DNA of 64,000 nt, from positions 480,001 to 544,000 of the forward strand of contig OZ241917.1 of NCBI GenBank assembly GCA_965203805.1, given 5' to 3'. The position numbers were made by a program, and so were the translations under genes. The notes beneath the pieces are model-generated. The model had not been told where the DNA came from and ran no database searches. It worked only from the letters and a program-made list of their open reading frames with translations. Position 1 is the first letter of the stretch, and each line of letters opens with the position of its first letter. Positions 50,916 through 61,169 of the stretch are shown one piece after another. This DNA is from Candidatus Latescibacterota bacterium. GTDB taxonomy: Bacteria > Latescibacterota > UBA2968 > GCA-2709665.

Positions 50916-51189
50916 TGTAGGTGTCAGGCATCTAAGAGTCGGGGAGACGTTAGACGTAAGAGGGGAGAGGAAATGAGTGCCCTATGGTTTTTCTGGTCGT
51001 TACGGTAGCGGTAAATTAGCAGGCACGGTTTATGTGACAAACACTGCTGTAAATGCCTTCATCTACCGTCTACCCTCTTACGTCTCACCGGTTTTATTGC
51101 CCCGTCCAGTTTCATTTTGTGCTGGAGGCATAAAGGAAAAACCAAACGGGCAAGGACGTTATCTACCGTCTACCGTCTCACGTCTAACC
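50916..51189. repeat. Heptamer-period repeats in inverted arrangement
   Basis: GAGACGT-TAGACGT-AAGAGGG (50944-) against TACCGTC-TACCCTC-TTACGTC-TCACC (51065-) and TACCGTC-TACCGTC-TCACGTC-TAACC (51164-). Confidence 0.7.
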
Positions 51190-51234
51190 ACTTTTATCTC
51201 CCGTCCCCGCCATTTGGCGAACCGCGAGGAGTAT

Positions 51235-52605
51235 ATGAACGCAAAAGAGACGCTGAAGCGAAAAATCTGTGAGGCCATCGACCGCCGTCGCGGGCAGATC
51301 GTGCGGATCGGGGACCACATCATGGCCCACCCCGAGACGGGATTCAAGGAAGTCGAAACGTCCAGGCTGGCCGCAAACACGATGGAGGAGTTCGGCATTT
51401 CGCCCGAAACCGGACTGGGGATCACGGGCGTAAAGGGGATCCTGCGCGGAGCGAAGCCGGGACCGACCGTTGCCCTGATTGGAGAACTGGATTCGCTCGT
51501 GGTACCGGACCATCCCATGGCGAATCCCGAGACCGGCGCCGCACACGCCTGCGGGCACAACGCGCAGATGGCCGGCCTCCTCGGTGCGATGATGGGGATC
51601 GTCGATGCCGGCGCGGCCGGACATCTGGCCGGAAACATCGTGTTCTTCGCGGTGCCCGCGGAAGAGTACATCGAAGTCGAGTACCGGATGGGGTTGGTCA
51701 GGGAAGGGAAGCTGGAGTTTCTCGGAGGGAAACCCGAACTCGTCCGGCTCGGTCAGTTCGACGACGTGGACATCGCGGCCATGATCCACACCCACAGCGA
51801 CCTCAACATGAAAAAAGCGGCGATTTCCGAATCGTGCAACGGCTGTCTGGTGAAAATGGTCCACTTCATCGGCCGGGCCGCGCACGCCGGAGGGGCGCCC
51901 CACCGGGGAGTCAACGCGTTGAACGCCGCGCAGATCGCGTTGGCGGCGATTCATGCACAGCGGGAGACGTTCCGGGATAACGACTCGATCCGGGTGCACC
52001 CGATCATCACAAAGGGCGGAGATATCGTGAACGTGGTGCCTGCGGAGGTCAGGATGGAGACCTACGTACGCGGTAAGACGAACGAAGCAATGCTGGACGC
52101 CAACGAAAAGGTCGACCGGGCGATCCGCGCCGGCGCGATGGCGGTAGGCGCGCGAGTGGAGATCGAGACGCTTCCGGGGTATCTGCCCCTTCGGAACGAT
52201 CCGGCGTTGAGCGCGATTTTCGAAGCGAATTCAAAAGCGCTGTTCGGCGCGGAGGAAGTACGCGAGGTTTCACATCGAACGGGATCCACGGATATGGGAG
52301 ATCTTTCCCACATCATGCCGGCGATCCATCCGTACATGTCCGGAGCCGACGGCGTGGGCCACAGCGCGGACTGGCATATATCGGACAAGGAGATGGGGTA
52401 TCTGGCGCCCGCAAAATCGCTGGCGCTGCTGGCCGTGGACCTGCTGCACGGCGACGGCGAGGAGGCGACGGGCCTGCTACGGGACTTCGAGCCGGCGATG
52501 ACGAAAGACGAATACCTGACGTTCCAGCGGGCGCTGTTCAAGACGGAGGTTTTCGACGGGGCGGGCGGCGGGAAACCGGAGAGTCAGAATGTCGTATCCG
52601 AATGA
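51235..52605 (+). CDS. M20 family amidohydrolase (AbgB/PM20D2-like)
   Basis: HPETGFKE, GELD, AHACGHNAQ, PAEE, AHAGGAPHRGVNAL, GSTDMGD. Confidence 0.9.
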   Translation: MNAKETLKRKICEAIDRRRGQIVRIGDHIMAHPETGFKEVETSRLAANTMEEFGISPETGLGITGVKGILRGAKPGPTVALIGELDSLVVPDHPMANPETGAAHACGHNAQMAGLLGAMMGIVDAGAAGHLAGNIVFFAVPAEEYIEVEYRMGLVREGKLEFLGGKPELVRLGQFDDVDIAAMIHTHSDLNMKKAAISESCNGCLVKMVHFIGRAAHAGGAPHRGVNALNAAQIALAAIHAQRETFRDNDSIRVHPIITKGGDIVNVVPAEVRMETYVRGKTNEAMLDANEKVDRAIRAGAMAVGARVEIETLPGYLPLRNDPALSAIFEANSKALFGAEEVREVSHRTGSTDMGDLSHIMPAIHPYMSGADGVGHSADWHISDKEMGYLAPAKSLALLAVDLLHGDGEEATGLLRDFEPAMTKDEYLTFQRALFKTEVFDGAGGGKPESQNVVSE

Positions 52606-54217
52606 CGGAAACACAGGCTGGAATGCGGTGAGCGGGACGGGTGCGGTGGCCGCGGGGGGCGCCGGCGCCGTAGCGGCGGGTATCGAAATCCTCGAACGGG
52701 GCGGGAACGCGGCCGACGCGGCGGCAGGCACGATTCTCGCGCTGAACGTGACCGACCACGGCGCCTGTTCCATCGGCGGCGAGGTGCCGGTGATCGTCTA
52801 CGACGCCGTCGAGCGTGAGGTCAAAACGCTGTCCGGTCAGGGCCGGGCGCCGCTTTCCACCGAAGCGATCGACTGGTACATGAAGAACGGCATTCCCGAC
52901 AAAGACATGAAGATGGCGCCGGTCCCCTCGGTCGTGGACCTGTGCACGACGCTGCTCCGGCAATACGGCACCCTCACGTTCGAGGCGATTGTTGCGCCCA
53001 CGCTGTCCATCCTGGACGCCGGCGAGGAACCCTGGCACCCCAGGCTTGCCGTGACGCTGCGCAGACTGGTCGAGGCGGAGCAGGGGGCGCGCGGAAGCCG
53101 GGAGGAGAAGGTGGCCGCCGCCAGCGACCGCTTCTACGGCCGGAACGGGGCCGTGCAGGACGTCGCCGATGATCTGGAAGCGGACTACGTGAAAAAGGGC
53201 GGTTTCCTGCGCAAGGCCGACCTAGCCGCTCACCGGACGCTGATCGAAGACCCGGTTGCCGTCAGCTACCGGGGGTACGAGGTGTACAAATGCGGACCGT
53301 GGACGCAGGGACCCTATCTTTGCCAGGCATTGCGTCTGCTGGAGGGATTCGACCTGAAATCCATGGGCTATCTGTCAGCGGATTACGTACACGTGGCAGT
53401 TGAAGCGCTGAAGCTGGCGATGGCCGACAGGGACGCGTATTACGCCGATCCTGACTTCGCCGCCGTTCCAATGGCCGAACTGCTGTCGGACGCCTATACC
53501 GAGGTCCGGCGGCCGCTGATCGATATGGACAGAGCGTCCCTTGACGCCCGCCCTGGCGATCCGTACGCGTTGAACCCGATTCGGGGCGCGGGCGTGTTCG
53601 AACCGGGTGTCGGCGGGACGACGACCTGCGTGGTTGCGGACCGATGGGGAAACGTCGTTTCCGCCACGCCAAGCGCAAACGTCTACCGGGGCGAAAACCC
53701 GCTGGGTGGTCGTACCGGCGTGTCGTACGGCAACCGCCTGAGAAGCCTGAATACCACGCCGGGCCATCCCAACTGCATCCAGCCGGGAAAGCGACCGCGC
53801 ATCACGCTGACCCCGACGCTCGTGTTGAAGGACGACAGGCCGATTCTTGCCATCAGCGTCGCGGGCGGCGACCTGCAGGACCAGGCGACGCTCAACCTGC
53901 TCCTGGACTTCATCGAATTCGACATGCTGCCCGAAACCGCCGTGCGGGCGCCGCGCTTCGCCACCGCGCATCACGAGGACTCGTTCGATCCGAATCCCGA
54001 CCGGCCGGCCACGTTCAAAAAGGTGGGTTCGCTGTCGATCAGCGACCGGGTGAGCCCCGACGTCCGTGACGAACTCGCCCGCCGCGGACATCGCGTCGAA
54101 CCGTCGGGCGGTCCGATCGCGACGCCCGTCATGCTGTTCGTGGACCCCGCGAGCGGGCGTTTCCACGCCGCCGGCGACCCCGCCGCCGGGCGGCATGCGG
54201 CAGGGCTGGGAGGATAG
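52589..54217 (+). CDS. ggt: Gamma-glutamyltransferase family protein
   Basis: ILERGGNAADAA, SIGGE, WTQGP, KLAMADRD..YADP, cleavage-site GTTT..VADRWGN, PGKRPRITLTP, GGDLQDQ. Confidence 0.88.
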   Translation: MSYPNDGNTGWNAVSGTGAVAAGGAGAVAAGIEILERGGNAADAAAGTILALNVTDHGACSIGGEVPVIVYDAVEREVKTLSGQGRAPLSTEAIDWYMKNGIPDKDMKMAPVPSVVDLCTTLLRQYGTLTFEAIVAPTLSILDAGEEPWHPRLAVTLRRLVEAEQGARGSREEKVAAASDRFYGRNGAVQDVADDLEADYVKKGGFLRKADLAAHRTLIEDPVAVSYRGYEVYKCGPWTQGPYLCQALRLLEGFDLKSMGYLSADYVHVAVEALKLAMADRDAYYADPDFAAVPMAELLSDAYTEVRRPLIDMDRASLDARPGDPYALNPIRGAGVFEPGVGGTTTCVVADRWGNVVSATPSANVYRGENPLGGRTGVSYGNRLRSLNTTPGHPNCIQPGKRPRITLTPTLVLKDDRPILAISVAGGDLQDQATLNLLLDFIEFDMLPETAVRAPRFATAHHEDSFDPNPDRPATFKKVGSLSISDRVSPDVRDELARRGHRVEPSGGPIATPVMLFVDPASGRFHAAGDPAAGRHAAGLGG

Positions 54218-54307
54218 TTGGAGCAACAACCCTTCTGTGCGTGTGCGGCTTGCCGAGGCAGTTTCTTGCGGCCAATCCGCGCTTTCGGACCCCGCTTCGT
54301 CATACGG

Positions 54308-54343
54308 GCCTTGCTGAGAAGTTGCCAGCAGGGCTTTTTTTTT
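54308..54343 (+). terminator. Intrinsic terminator after ggt
   Basis: GCCTTGCTG...CAGCAGGGC + T9. Confidence 0.7.
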
Positions 54344-54362
54344 GTCGTTTGGCAACACCGGA

Positions 54363-56798
54363 TCATTGCTCCTCTTCGCGTTGCGTCGGGCTGACGTATT
54401 CCGTCGTCGCAGCTGGTTTACCGTCCGGTTTTCCGATGCGGTAGCCGACCCCGTGTTCCGTGAAAATGTACCGTGGATCGTCGGCTTCGTCCCCCAGTTT
54501 GCGGCGCAGTCTCTTGACGAGCGAGCGGACGTGCCGCAAATCACGCCCGCCGCGCGTGCCCCAGATGCGGCGCAACAGCGCCTCGTGCGTCACCACTCGG
54601 CCGGAGCTGACGGTGAGTTCCTGCAGCATCCTGTACTCGTTCGCGGTCAATTGTACGCCCCGACCGCCTACCGTCACGCGCCGTTCCTGGTAGTCCAGCG
54701 TCAGTTCCTTATACACGTAGGGCACGTCGGGTTCCGACCGGACCGGTCCGGCTTCCTTACGTAGAGCGGCGTTGATTCTTGCAACGAGTTCCGTCGGGGA
54801 AAAGGGCTTGACGATATAGTCGGACGCGCCCAATTCGAATGCCCGTGCGATGTTGTCTTTCCGACCGTATCCGGACAGGACGATCACAGGCACCCTGTCG
54901 ACTTTAACCACCTCCTCCATCAGTTCAAAGCCGTCGGCGCCGGGCAGGACCAGGTCCAGCAGCACCAGGCAGGGACTGTGCGATCCGATGAGTTCCGCGA
55001 CTTCGTCGGGGTCGGCCGTAACAACGGGCGTATAGCCCGCTTTCGTTAGGATCTCGCGAACGGATTTGAGCGTCTGCGGGTCGTCGTCCACCGCCAGTAT
55101 TCTCCCTCCCTTTTCGTCAATATCGGGCGAATGCTCAGGTTTGTTCGCGTCCTTGCGGGCCGCCGCTGCCGGTACTTCTTCCGCCACCGGAACGGTGAAC
55201 GTGACCCTCGTACCCCGGCCGGGCCCGTCGCTTTCGGCCCATATCCGTCCGCCGTGGGCTTCTACGATGCCCTTGCAGATTGCCAGGCCCAGCCCCGTAT
55301 CATGGGTCCTGCGTTCGCCGTCGATCCGCGAAAACTTCCTGAACAGATGCGGCAGAAGATCCGCTGTCACGCCCGAGCCTTCATCGGTAACGGAAATCAC
55401 AACGTGGAAGTCTTCGCGAACCGCGGTGAGGCGGATGGCAGAGGACGCGTCGGAGTATCGCGCGGCGTTCGTCAGGAGGTTGTTCAAAACCTGGACGATC
55501 CGGCGCCTGTCGGCCAAGACCCAGGGCAATTCCGGCGGAATGTCGATCTCGATATTATTACCGCCCCCGCCGCTTAGAAACGTGCTCCTTGCCTGGTCGA
55601 CGATGGCAGCCGGATCCGTCGGGTCGGGCGTGACCGAGAGCGTGCCGGTTTCGATCTGCGCCACGTCCAGCAGGTCGCTGATCATGTCCCGCATGCGATC
55701 CGCCTGGTGGTCGATGATACGGTAGAACTGCCGCGCTTCGGCGGGGTCGAGGACCGACGAATCGCCCAGCAAGGTCGTGGTAGAGCCCTTAATGGACGTC
55801 AGCGGTACCCGGAGTTCGTGGCTGACCATACCCAGGAACTCGGCGCGAAGGCGCTCAAGGTCCTCCAGGGGCGTCATGTCCTGCACCGTCACGACAACGG
55901 ACTCGATTTCGCCATCCTCGGAACGAATGGGCGTGGCATTGACCAGCGCGGTGACGGACCGACCGTCGGGTGTACGGAGGACGATCTCTTCCGCGCGGAC
56001 CGTCTCCCCTGTGCGCAGCAACCGCGCCAGGGGGTACTCTTTAAGAGAGACTTCCCGGCCGTCGGCGCGCTGGATGGTCAGCACCTCCAGAAGTTGCTCC
56101 TCCGGTCGGGCCGGCGTGCGCAGGCCTCCCACAATCCTTCTCGCCTCGCGGTTGAACGTCAGCGGCGCACCGGTCCTGGCGTCGAAGACCACGACCCCTA
56201 CGGGTGAGGTGTCGATCAGGGTCTCCAGGTCGAGCCTTGCCTTCTGCTCGTCCCGGTGCCGGCGTGCGTTGGCAATGACCAGCGCCGCCTGAGCGGCGAA
56301 CGTCAACAGGGTCTCTTCGTCTTCGGCCGTGAAGACCTCTCCTCCTTCCTTTTCGCAGAGATAGAAAGTCCCGACGCTCTGGCGGCGGTAGCGGATCGGT
56401 GCTGCCAAAAGCGCCGGGGCGGGGCTCAGAGGTACCTGGGGGCGGAACTCAGGCAGGCCCTTGGACCTGGTGTGGCTGTGGAGGTCCCGCAGCCGAAGCG
56501 GCTCCGTTATTTTGGAGAAGTAGTCGAAGAGCCTGTTCCTCTCGGGCCGGAACCACAACCGCCTGGACTGATAAGGCGTAAACCCTGAGGTGATGCAGAC
56601 CTGCACCTGTCCCGCATCGTCCAGCAGCGCCATCATGCCGTACCTCGCATCGGTCAGCGATCTCGCATTGTCCACGGCTTCCTGCAGTACGGCGTCGAAT
56701 TCGAGACTCTCGTTGATGCGAAGGCTGGCCTCGCTCAGTTTTTTCAGGCGGTCCCTCAGGGCAGCCGCTTCCGGATTGCGCTCGTCGGATTTCTTCAC
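54363..56798 (-). CDS. Cytoplasmic hybrid sensor kinase: GAF-PAS-HisKA-HATPase-REC-winged helix
   Basis: FTAEDEETL (GAF), FLGMVSHELRVPLTSIKG (H-box), NLLTNAARYS, GLGLAIC, ILAVDDD/LLDL/KPFS (REC), LTANEYRML...RYIFTEHGVGY (OmpR-type output). Confidence 0.9.
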   Translation of the reverse strand: MKKSDERNPEAAALRDRLKKLSEASLRINESLEFDAVLQEAVDNARSLTDARYGMMALLDDAGQVQVCITSGFTPYQSRRLWFRPERNRLFDYFSKITEPLRLRDLHSHTRSKGLPEFRPQVPLSPAPALLAAPIRYRRQSVGTFYLCEKEGGEVFTAEDEETLLTFAAQAALVIANARRHRDEQKARLDLETLIDTSPVGVVVFDARTGAPLTFNREARRIVGGLRTPARPEEQLLEVLTIQRADGREVSLKEYPLARLLRTGETVRAEEIVLRTPDGRSVTALVNATPIRSEDGEIESVVVTVQDMTPLEDLERLRAEFLGMVSHELRVPLTSIKGSTTTLLGDSSVLDPAEARQFYRIIDHQADRMRDMISDLLDVAQIETGTLSVTPDPTDPAAIVDQARSTFLSGGGGNNIEIDIPPELPWVLADRRRIVQVLNNLLTNAARYSDASSAIRLTAVREDFHVVISVTDEGSGVTADLLPHLFRKFSRIDGERRTHDTGLGLAICKGIVEAHGGRIWAESDGPGRGTRVTFTVPVAEEVPAAAARKDANKPEHSPDIDEKGGRILAVDDDPQTLKSVREILTKAGYTPVVTADPDEVAELIGSHSPCLVLLDLVLPGADGFELMEEVVKVDRVPVIVLSGYGRKDNIARAFELGASDYIVKPFSPTELVARINAALRKEAGPVRSEPDVPYVYKELTLDYQERRVTVGGRGVQLTANEYRMLQELTVSSGRVVTHEALLRRIWGTRGGRDLRHVRSLVKRLRRKLGDEADDPRYIFTEHGVGYRIGKPDGKPAATTEYVSPTQREEEQ

Positions 56799-57015
56799 GT
56801 TCAGACCTCACTGATTTCGAGCTACGTCTTCGGCCGGGGATTGTCCGGCCCGAGCCGGTGCCTCGGGTACGGCCCCATCAAATCTGTCGAATTGTGGAAA
56901 TATCACGATAATAGCATAAAAAAACGACCCAATCTCACAGATTTGTTATAATTTTTTCGTTATATTATATGCAACATAAGACAGAATTTTTAATAATCCA
57001 ACGGATTCTTTTGCT

Positions 57016-57751
57016 GGCAGCCCAGACGCAACTGTCCAAGTCCACGGTTCAGCGCGTGTGGAAAGCGTTTGGTCTACAGCCGCACCGACAAAAACACTTC
57101 AAGCTGTCCAATGATCCGTTCTTTGTCGAGAAGGTACGTGACATTGTCGGCCTGTATCTGAACCCTCCCGACAACGCGATGGTATTATGCGTTGACGAAA
57201 AGAGTCAGATCCAGGCATTGGAACGAACGCAGCCGATATTGCCTTTGGGGTTGGGCTATGTGGAAGGGGTCACCCACAATTATATCCGGCACGGCACCAC
57301 GACCTTGTTCGCCGCGCTGGAGGTCGCTTCCGGCAAGGTGCTGGCCCAATGCAAACCCCGACATCGACACCAGGAATTTTTACAATTCCTCAAATATATC
57401 GACCAAAACGTCCCGAAGGACCTTGACATTCATCTCGTCGTCGACAACTACGCCACGCACAAGCACGAAAAAATCAAACGCTGGATCGCAGCCAGGCCCC
57501 GATACCACGTTCACTATACACCGACCTATGCGTCCTGGCTCAACCAGGTCGAGATCTGGTTCGGCATCATTACCCAGAAAGCCATCCGACGCGGGACCTT
57601 CAAAAAGGTGAAAGACCTCATCGCCAACATTCAGGATTTCACCAACCATTACAACACCAACTCACGACCGTTCGTCTGGACCGCCACCGCAGAATCGATC
57701 CTTGACAAGATTACTAGACTTTTTGAACTAATTCATGGGACAAGACACTAG
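57016..57751 (+). mobile_element. IS630-family element, 5'-truncated
   Basis: FKLSNDPFFVEKVRDIVGLYLNPP, VDEKSQIQALERTQP, YIRHGTTTLFAAL, VVDNYATHK, TPTYASWLNQVE. Ends GGGACAAGACACTAG, an IS630-like right end with TA. The N-terminal HTH region and left end are absent. Confidence 0.88.
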
Positions 57752-57761
57752 GAGACACTCG

Positions 57762-57995
57762 ATGTACTGGGAAGATATGAAACAACAGTTTCGCCAGAGC
57801 GGCAGCACATTTGATAAGGATGTAGAGGCAATCAAACTTATGTCTTTAGACAATGAGCCTGAGATCGTTGTTCTCGTGCTACACTATCCCAGTGAACGCA
57901 ACAGCAAGCCCTGGGCATTTCGGCTAAAGCGAGAAGACTTATCAAAGCTGGTGCATCAATTATTGATGAAGATTGGAGAGGGGGACAGATCGTGA
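57762..57995 (+). CDS. Small AT-rich hypothetical protein
   Basis: SD AGGAG at the IS end, 77-aa ORF; GTGA overlap with a further 51-codon ORF at 57992-58147. Confidence 0.45.
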   Translation: MYWEDMKQQFRQSGSTFDKDVEAIKLMSLDNEPEIVVLVLHYPSERNSKPWAFRLKREDLSKLVHQLLMKIGEGDRS

Positions 57996-58643
57996 AACAG
58001 GAATTAGAACTAATTGACAACAACCTCTGGAATATTCCACCGTCCCAGGGGTTTTATTCGCATTTTCAGGAATATTTATTTTTCTTATATAGGGACTTGA
58101 ACCTACTTATAGCATCCTGTATCTTCATGGTAAGCCGAGCGGCCTGATTTCATCCGAATTGGGAGACCTCTCCAATTTGAAATACCAGGAAATCTATAAT
58201 CATGAAACCCTGACGGGTAGCGCTCGCCTCCAGCCTTACGAAACTCACGGAAATGGCGCGTTGCTATTCTGAAGCGCTGACCTGTACTCGCCCACGGATA
58301 CGGGATTTCAGAGGTGGCTGCAGGACATTGATAATGTTCGTCGCGCGAGCCATAATGAACCCACGAACAGCTCGGGACGGCATATTGAGCGCAGGGGACC
58401 GCTTACCCCGTGTGGCATGACGTGCGGTAAGGCTTTTCTCTAAGAATCGTTGGTTTGCCGACGGACAGGCGCGGAATGGCACAATCAGGCCAGACAGAAG
58501 TGAAGGCCGTTTGGGGAGAGAGATACCGGAGCGGCTTTGCGGCCGATGACCATGCCCGGTTATTTTGCCTGGCCAGGTCCGGCGACTACTGCGCGCTCAA
58601 GCGAAAGCGGCGGGACTGCATGCCGCAGTGCGCCAACGAAAAT

Positions 58644-58670
58644 GCCCTGCTGATCGGTTTTCAGCAGGGC
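58644..58670 (-). terminator. Hairpin downstream of tRNA-Glu
   Basis: GCCCTGCTGA...TCAGCAGGGC inverted repeat 21 nt past the CCA end. Confidence 0.65.
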
Positions 58671-58691
58671 TGTTTTTATTGGCTTTTTTTA

Positions 58692-58767
58692 TGGTGACCC
58701 CGAGGGGAGTCGAACCCCCGTTTCCAGGGTGAGAACCTGGTGTCCTAGGCCACTGAACGACGGGGTC
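58692..58767 (-). tRNA. tRNA-Glu (anticodon CTC)
   Basis: GACCCCG acceptor stem pairing CGGGGTC, anticodon arm CCAGG-TTCTCAC-CCTGG, T-loop GGTTCGACTCC, encoded CCA; 76 nt. Confidence 0.97.
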
Positions 58768-58869
58768 ACCCTGTCAAAGCGGTCGAAATCTAACCAGAAC
58801 AGCCGGTTATGTCAAGGAAATTGAGGGTTAAGCAAGCGCTACGGACACTTGTGTTCCGCCATCGCACAC

Positions 58870-59241
58870 TCAGTCTCTCGGCGGCACGGCGCACAGGAAG
58901 CCGAACGGTTCGTCGCCGGTATTTTTGAATTGATGTTGTTCGTTCGGGGGAATGTAGACGATATCTCCCGGGCCGATTTTGTAGACTTCCCTGCCCATCA
59001 TCAGCCGGGCGGCGCCTCTGAGCACGTAGACGCCGTGGTCGTGTTGGTGGCGGTCGAAGGAGGACTGGCCGCCGGGCGCGATTTCGTAGTACCGCAGGCA
59101 AAAGTTGACGGCGCCGTCGCGTTCGCCGATCACGACCTGCCTGCTGCCGCCCACGGCGCCATCGGTGTTGTATGCCTCGACCGCGACGCCTTCCCACGAG
59201 TACTTGCCGTTTTCACCCGTAAATCGGTGCAGTACGCCCAT
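58870..59241 (-). CDS. Cupin domain protein
   Basis: DRHQHDHGVYVLRG...GPGDIVYIPPNEQHQFKN..GFLC. Confidence 0.9.
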   Translation of the reverse strand: MGVLHRFTGENGKYSWEGVAVEAYNTDGAVGGSRQVVIGERDGAVNFCLRYYEIAPGGQSSFDRHQHDHGVYVLRGAARLMMGREVYKIGPGDIVYIPPNEQHQFKNTGDEPFGFLCAVPPRD

Positions 59242-59272
59242 ATTAATCCTCTGTAATCGTCCGCGCCGTCGT

Positions 59273-60433
59273 CTATTGCCCATTGTTGAGGGCAAATTTG
59301 ACGAAGTCGCCGAAATTGGTCGTGTCGAAGGTTCTGAAGGAGGTGAGCATGGACGGCGTCCACTCGTCGTGCCAGATCCACGCCGTCCATCCGATGCCGC
59401 GGGTCTGGCAGAAGTCGATCAGGGGCTGGCCGTAGTCTTCTCTGGTTCTTACCGGATCTTCCGAGTGCCCGTACCCCCATTCGCCCAGGAAGACCGCTTC
59501 GGTTTTGTCCAGATCCGAAAGAACGCTTTTCCAGGCTTCGCCCTTCCAGGGATAGGGATGGGTTTCATACACCACGTTGGGCCGATCGACCGGGTTGTCG
59601 AGCGCGCCGCTCAGGTCGTACCCCCAGTCGACGCCGGAAACCAGAACGAGCGCCCGGGGATCCACGCCGTGGATGACGTCGACCAGAGACTCGGCCACGG
59701 GCCGCCAGTCGTCCCAGGCGATAAACGCGGGTTCGTTGAACGTGCCGTAGATGACGTGGGGCTGATCGCTGTATCTTCGCACGATCCTGTCGAGCGCTTC
59801 TTTTGCCAGTGAAAGATCGGGGTTGTACGGATTGCCGCGCCACGGGTGCAGGTACCCCCACTCGGGACGTTCCGTCTGGCCGGTCAGCGGATTCCCGTGC
59901 GCGTGCCAGCCGATAAAGATGTAGACGCCGCGCTTTTGGCCCCACGCGACGATCGGATCCACGAATGCGGGCAGGTAGTCCCGATGCCGGTCCCAGAGGT
60001 CCGGGTGAATGGGGACCCGGACGATATCCACGTTCCAGTCGTCGGCCAGAACGTCCAGCGCGTCCTGTCCACGGCGGGTGGCGGCGTGCAGAAAGTACGG
60101 ATCGATCACGGCCACGCCCCGAAGGACGACGTCCACGCGCCGACCGAAGGCGTCAGCGAAGGCCAGAAAGTCGGCGAAATCGACGCTCCCGCTGTTGTCC
60201 AGGTCGAATTCGACCGCTGGCGAACCGAAGGCGTCCGCGAACAGCAGAAAGTCGGGGAGGTCCACCAGCCCGCCGCCGTCGAAGTCCGCGGCGGCGGCAT
60301 TCGCGCTGACGATTCTGTGCCCCTCAACCCGCAGTCTCGAAAGGTTGTCGACGGCATCGGCCGGTGCAGGCGAGACAGACAGGGTGAGGATGAGGATTGC
60401 TGAAACCAGGCTTCTGGACTTCCATACCTTCAT
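59273..60433 (-). CDS. Secreted glycoside hydrolase family 5 with an inserted EF-hand/dockerin-like module
   Basis: Signal peptide; LRVEG..LRGV, WNVDIVRVPIHP, FNEP (acid/base), YETHPY, FLGEWG (nucleophile), GWTAW; paired DFDGGGLVDLPDFLLF and DLDNSGSVDFADFLAF. Confidence 0.88.
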   Translation of the reverse strand: MKVWKSRSLVSAILILTLSVSPAPADAVDNLSRLRVEGHRIVSANAAAADFDGGGLVDLPDFLLFADAFGSPAVEFDLDNSGSVDFADFLAFADAFGRRVDVVLRGVAVIDPYFLHAATRRGQDALDVLADDWNVDIVRVPIHPDLWDRHRDYLPAFVDPIVAWGQKRGVYIFIGWHAHGNPLTGQTERPEWGYLHPWRGNPYNPDLSLAKEALDRIVRRYSDQPHVIYGTFNEPAFIAWDDWRPVAESLVDVIHGVDPRALVLVSGVDWGYDLSGALDNPVDRPNVVYETHPYPWKGEAWKSVLSDLDKTEAVFLGEWGYGHSEDPVRTREDYGQPLIDFCQTRGIGWTAWIWHDEWTPSMLTSFRTFDTTNFGDFVKFALNNGQ

Positions 60434-60486
60434 GGACATTCCTGGATCGATTGCGCAATGCGTCTTTTTCGTTTCCGCCGTATAGC

Positions 60487-61042
60487 CATGCTCAGGAAAC
60501 GGATGTGAGGGTGGGGCAGACATTCCTGTCTGCCTGCGTGCGCTAAACATGCCATCCCGAGGAGGCCCGCAAACCGGTGATGTGTCCGCGCACGGGTTCT
60601 TCCGCGAAGGGCATCCGCCCCGCGTCCAGTCGAGAAGACGGGAGATTCTTCGCTGCGCTCAGAATGACATGCTATGCGCTGGCCTTCAGCGAAATGTGTC
60701 GATCACGCCTGCGCCAATACTGTCATCATGAGGAAGCCGACAGAGAGGCGATGGGTCCGCGCACAAGTTCGTCTGCGAAGTGCATCTGCCCCACATCCAA
60801 TCGAGTAGACGGTAGATTCTTCGACGACGCTCAGAATGACAGTTGGGTTGAATACTATTCGGGAAATGCATCCGATACACAAACGCCTGACATGTCATCC
60901 AGAGGAGGCGCCCCGCCTGCCAGCGATTTATCGGCAGGCAGGCCGACGAAGGATCTACTGCGGCATCGAATTCTCCCTGCGCGATTTGCACGTGACGACA
61001 CCAGAGAGGCGGCACGTCCGCATGCGTGCTCGGAATGACAGG
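60487..61042. repeat. Second REP-like mosaic, homologous and inverted relative to 6944-7446
   Basis: GTGGGGCAGACATTCCTGTCTGCC; two tandem units ending AGATTCTTCGn5GCTCAGAATGAC (~60550-60668, ~60721-60840); GGCAGGCCGACGAAGGATCTACTGCGGCATCG. Confidence 0.85.
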
Positions 61043-61123
61043 CTGCCCTGCATCAGGCCGGTGCAACCTATCCGCGAAAGATATGAAGAATCCCTTTGTG
61101 TAGCAAGGCCGAAGGGAATCTCA

Positions 61124-61169
61124 ACGATGTTTGGCGCATCTTGACATCGCGAGATGAACATCGTATTTT
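61124..61169 (+). promoter_or_regulatory. Sigma70-like promoter with overlapping inverted repeat
   Basis: TTGACA(61141)-17-TATTTT; ACGATGTT...AACATCGT and CATCT...AGATG bracket the -35. Confidence 0.55.

Noticed and set aside
56969-57015. N-terminus of the IS630 ORF as given in the track
   Set aside because: AT-rich non-transposase sequence in frame by chance with the truncated element.
58150-58690. Possible ncRNA or ORFs (58264, 58455) next to the tRNA
   Set aside because: No recognisable RNA family motif, RBS or protein motif.
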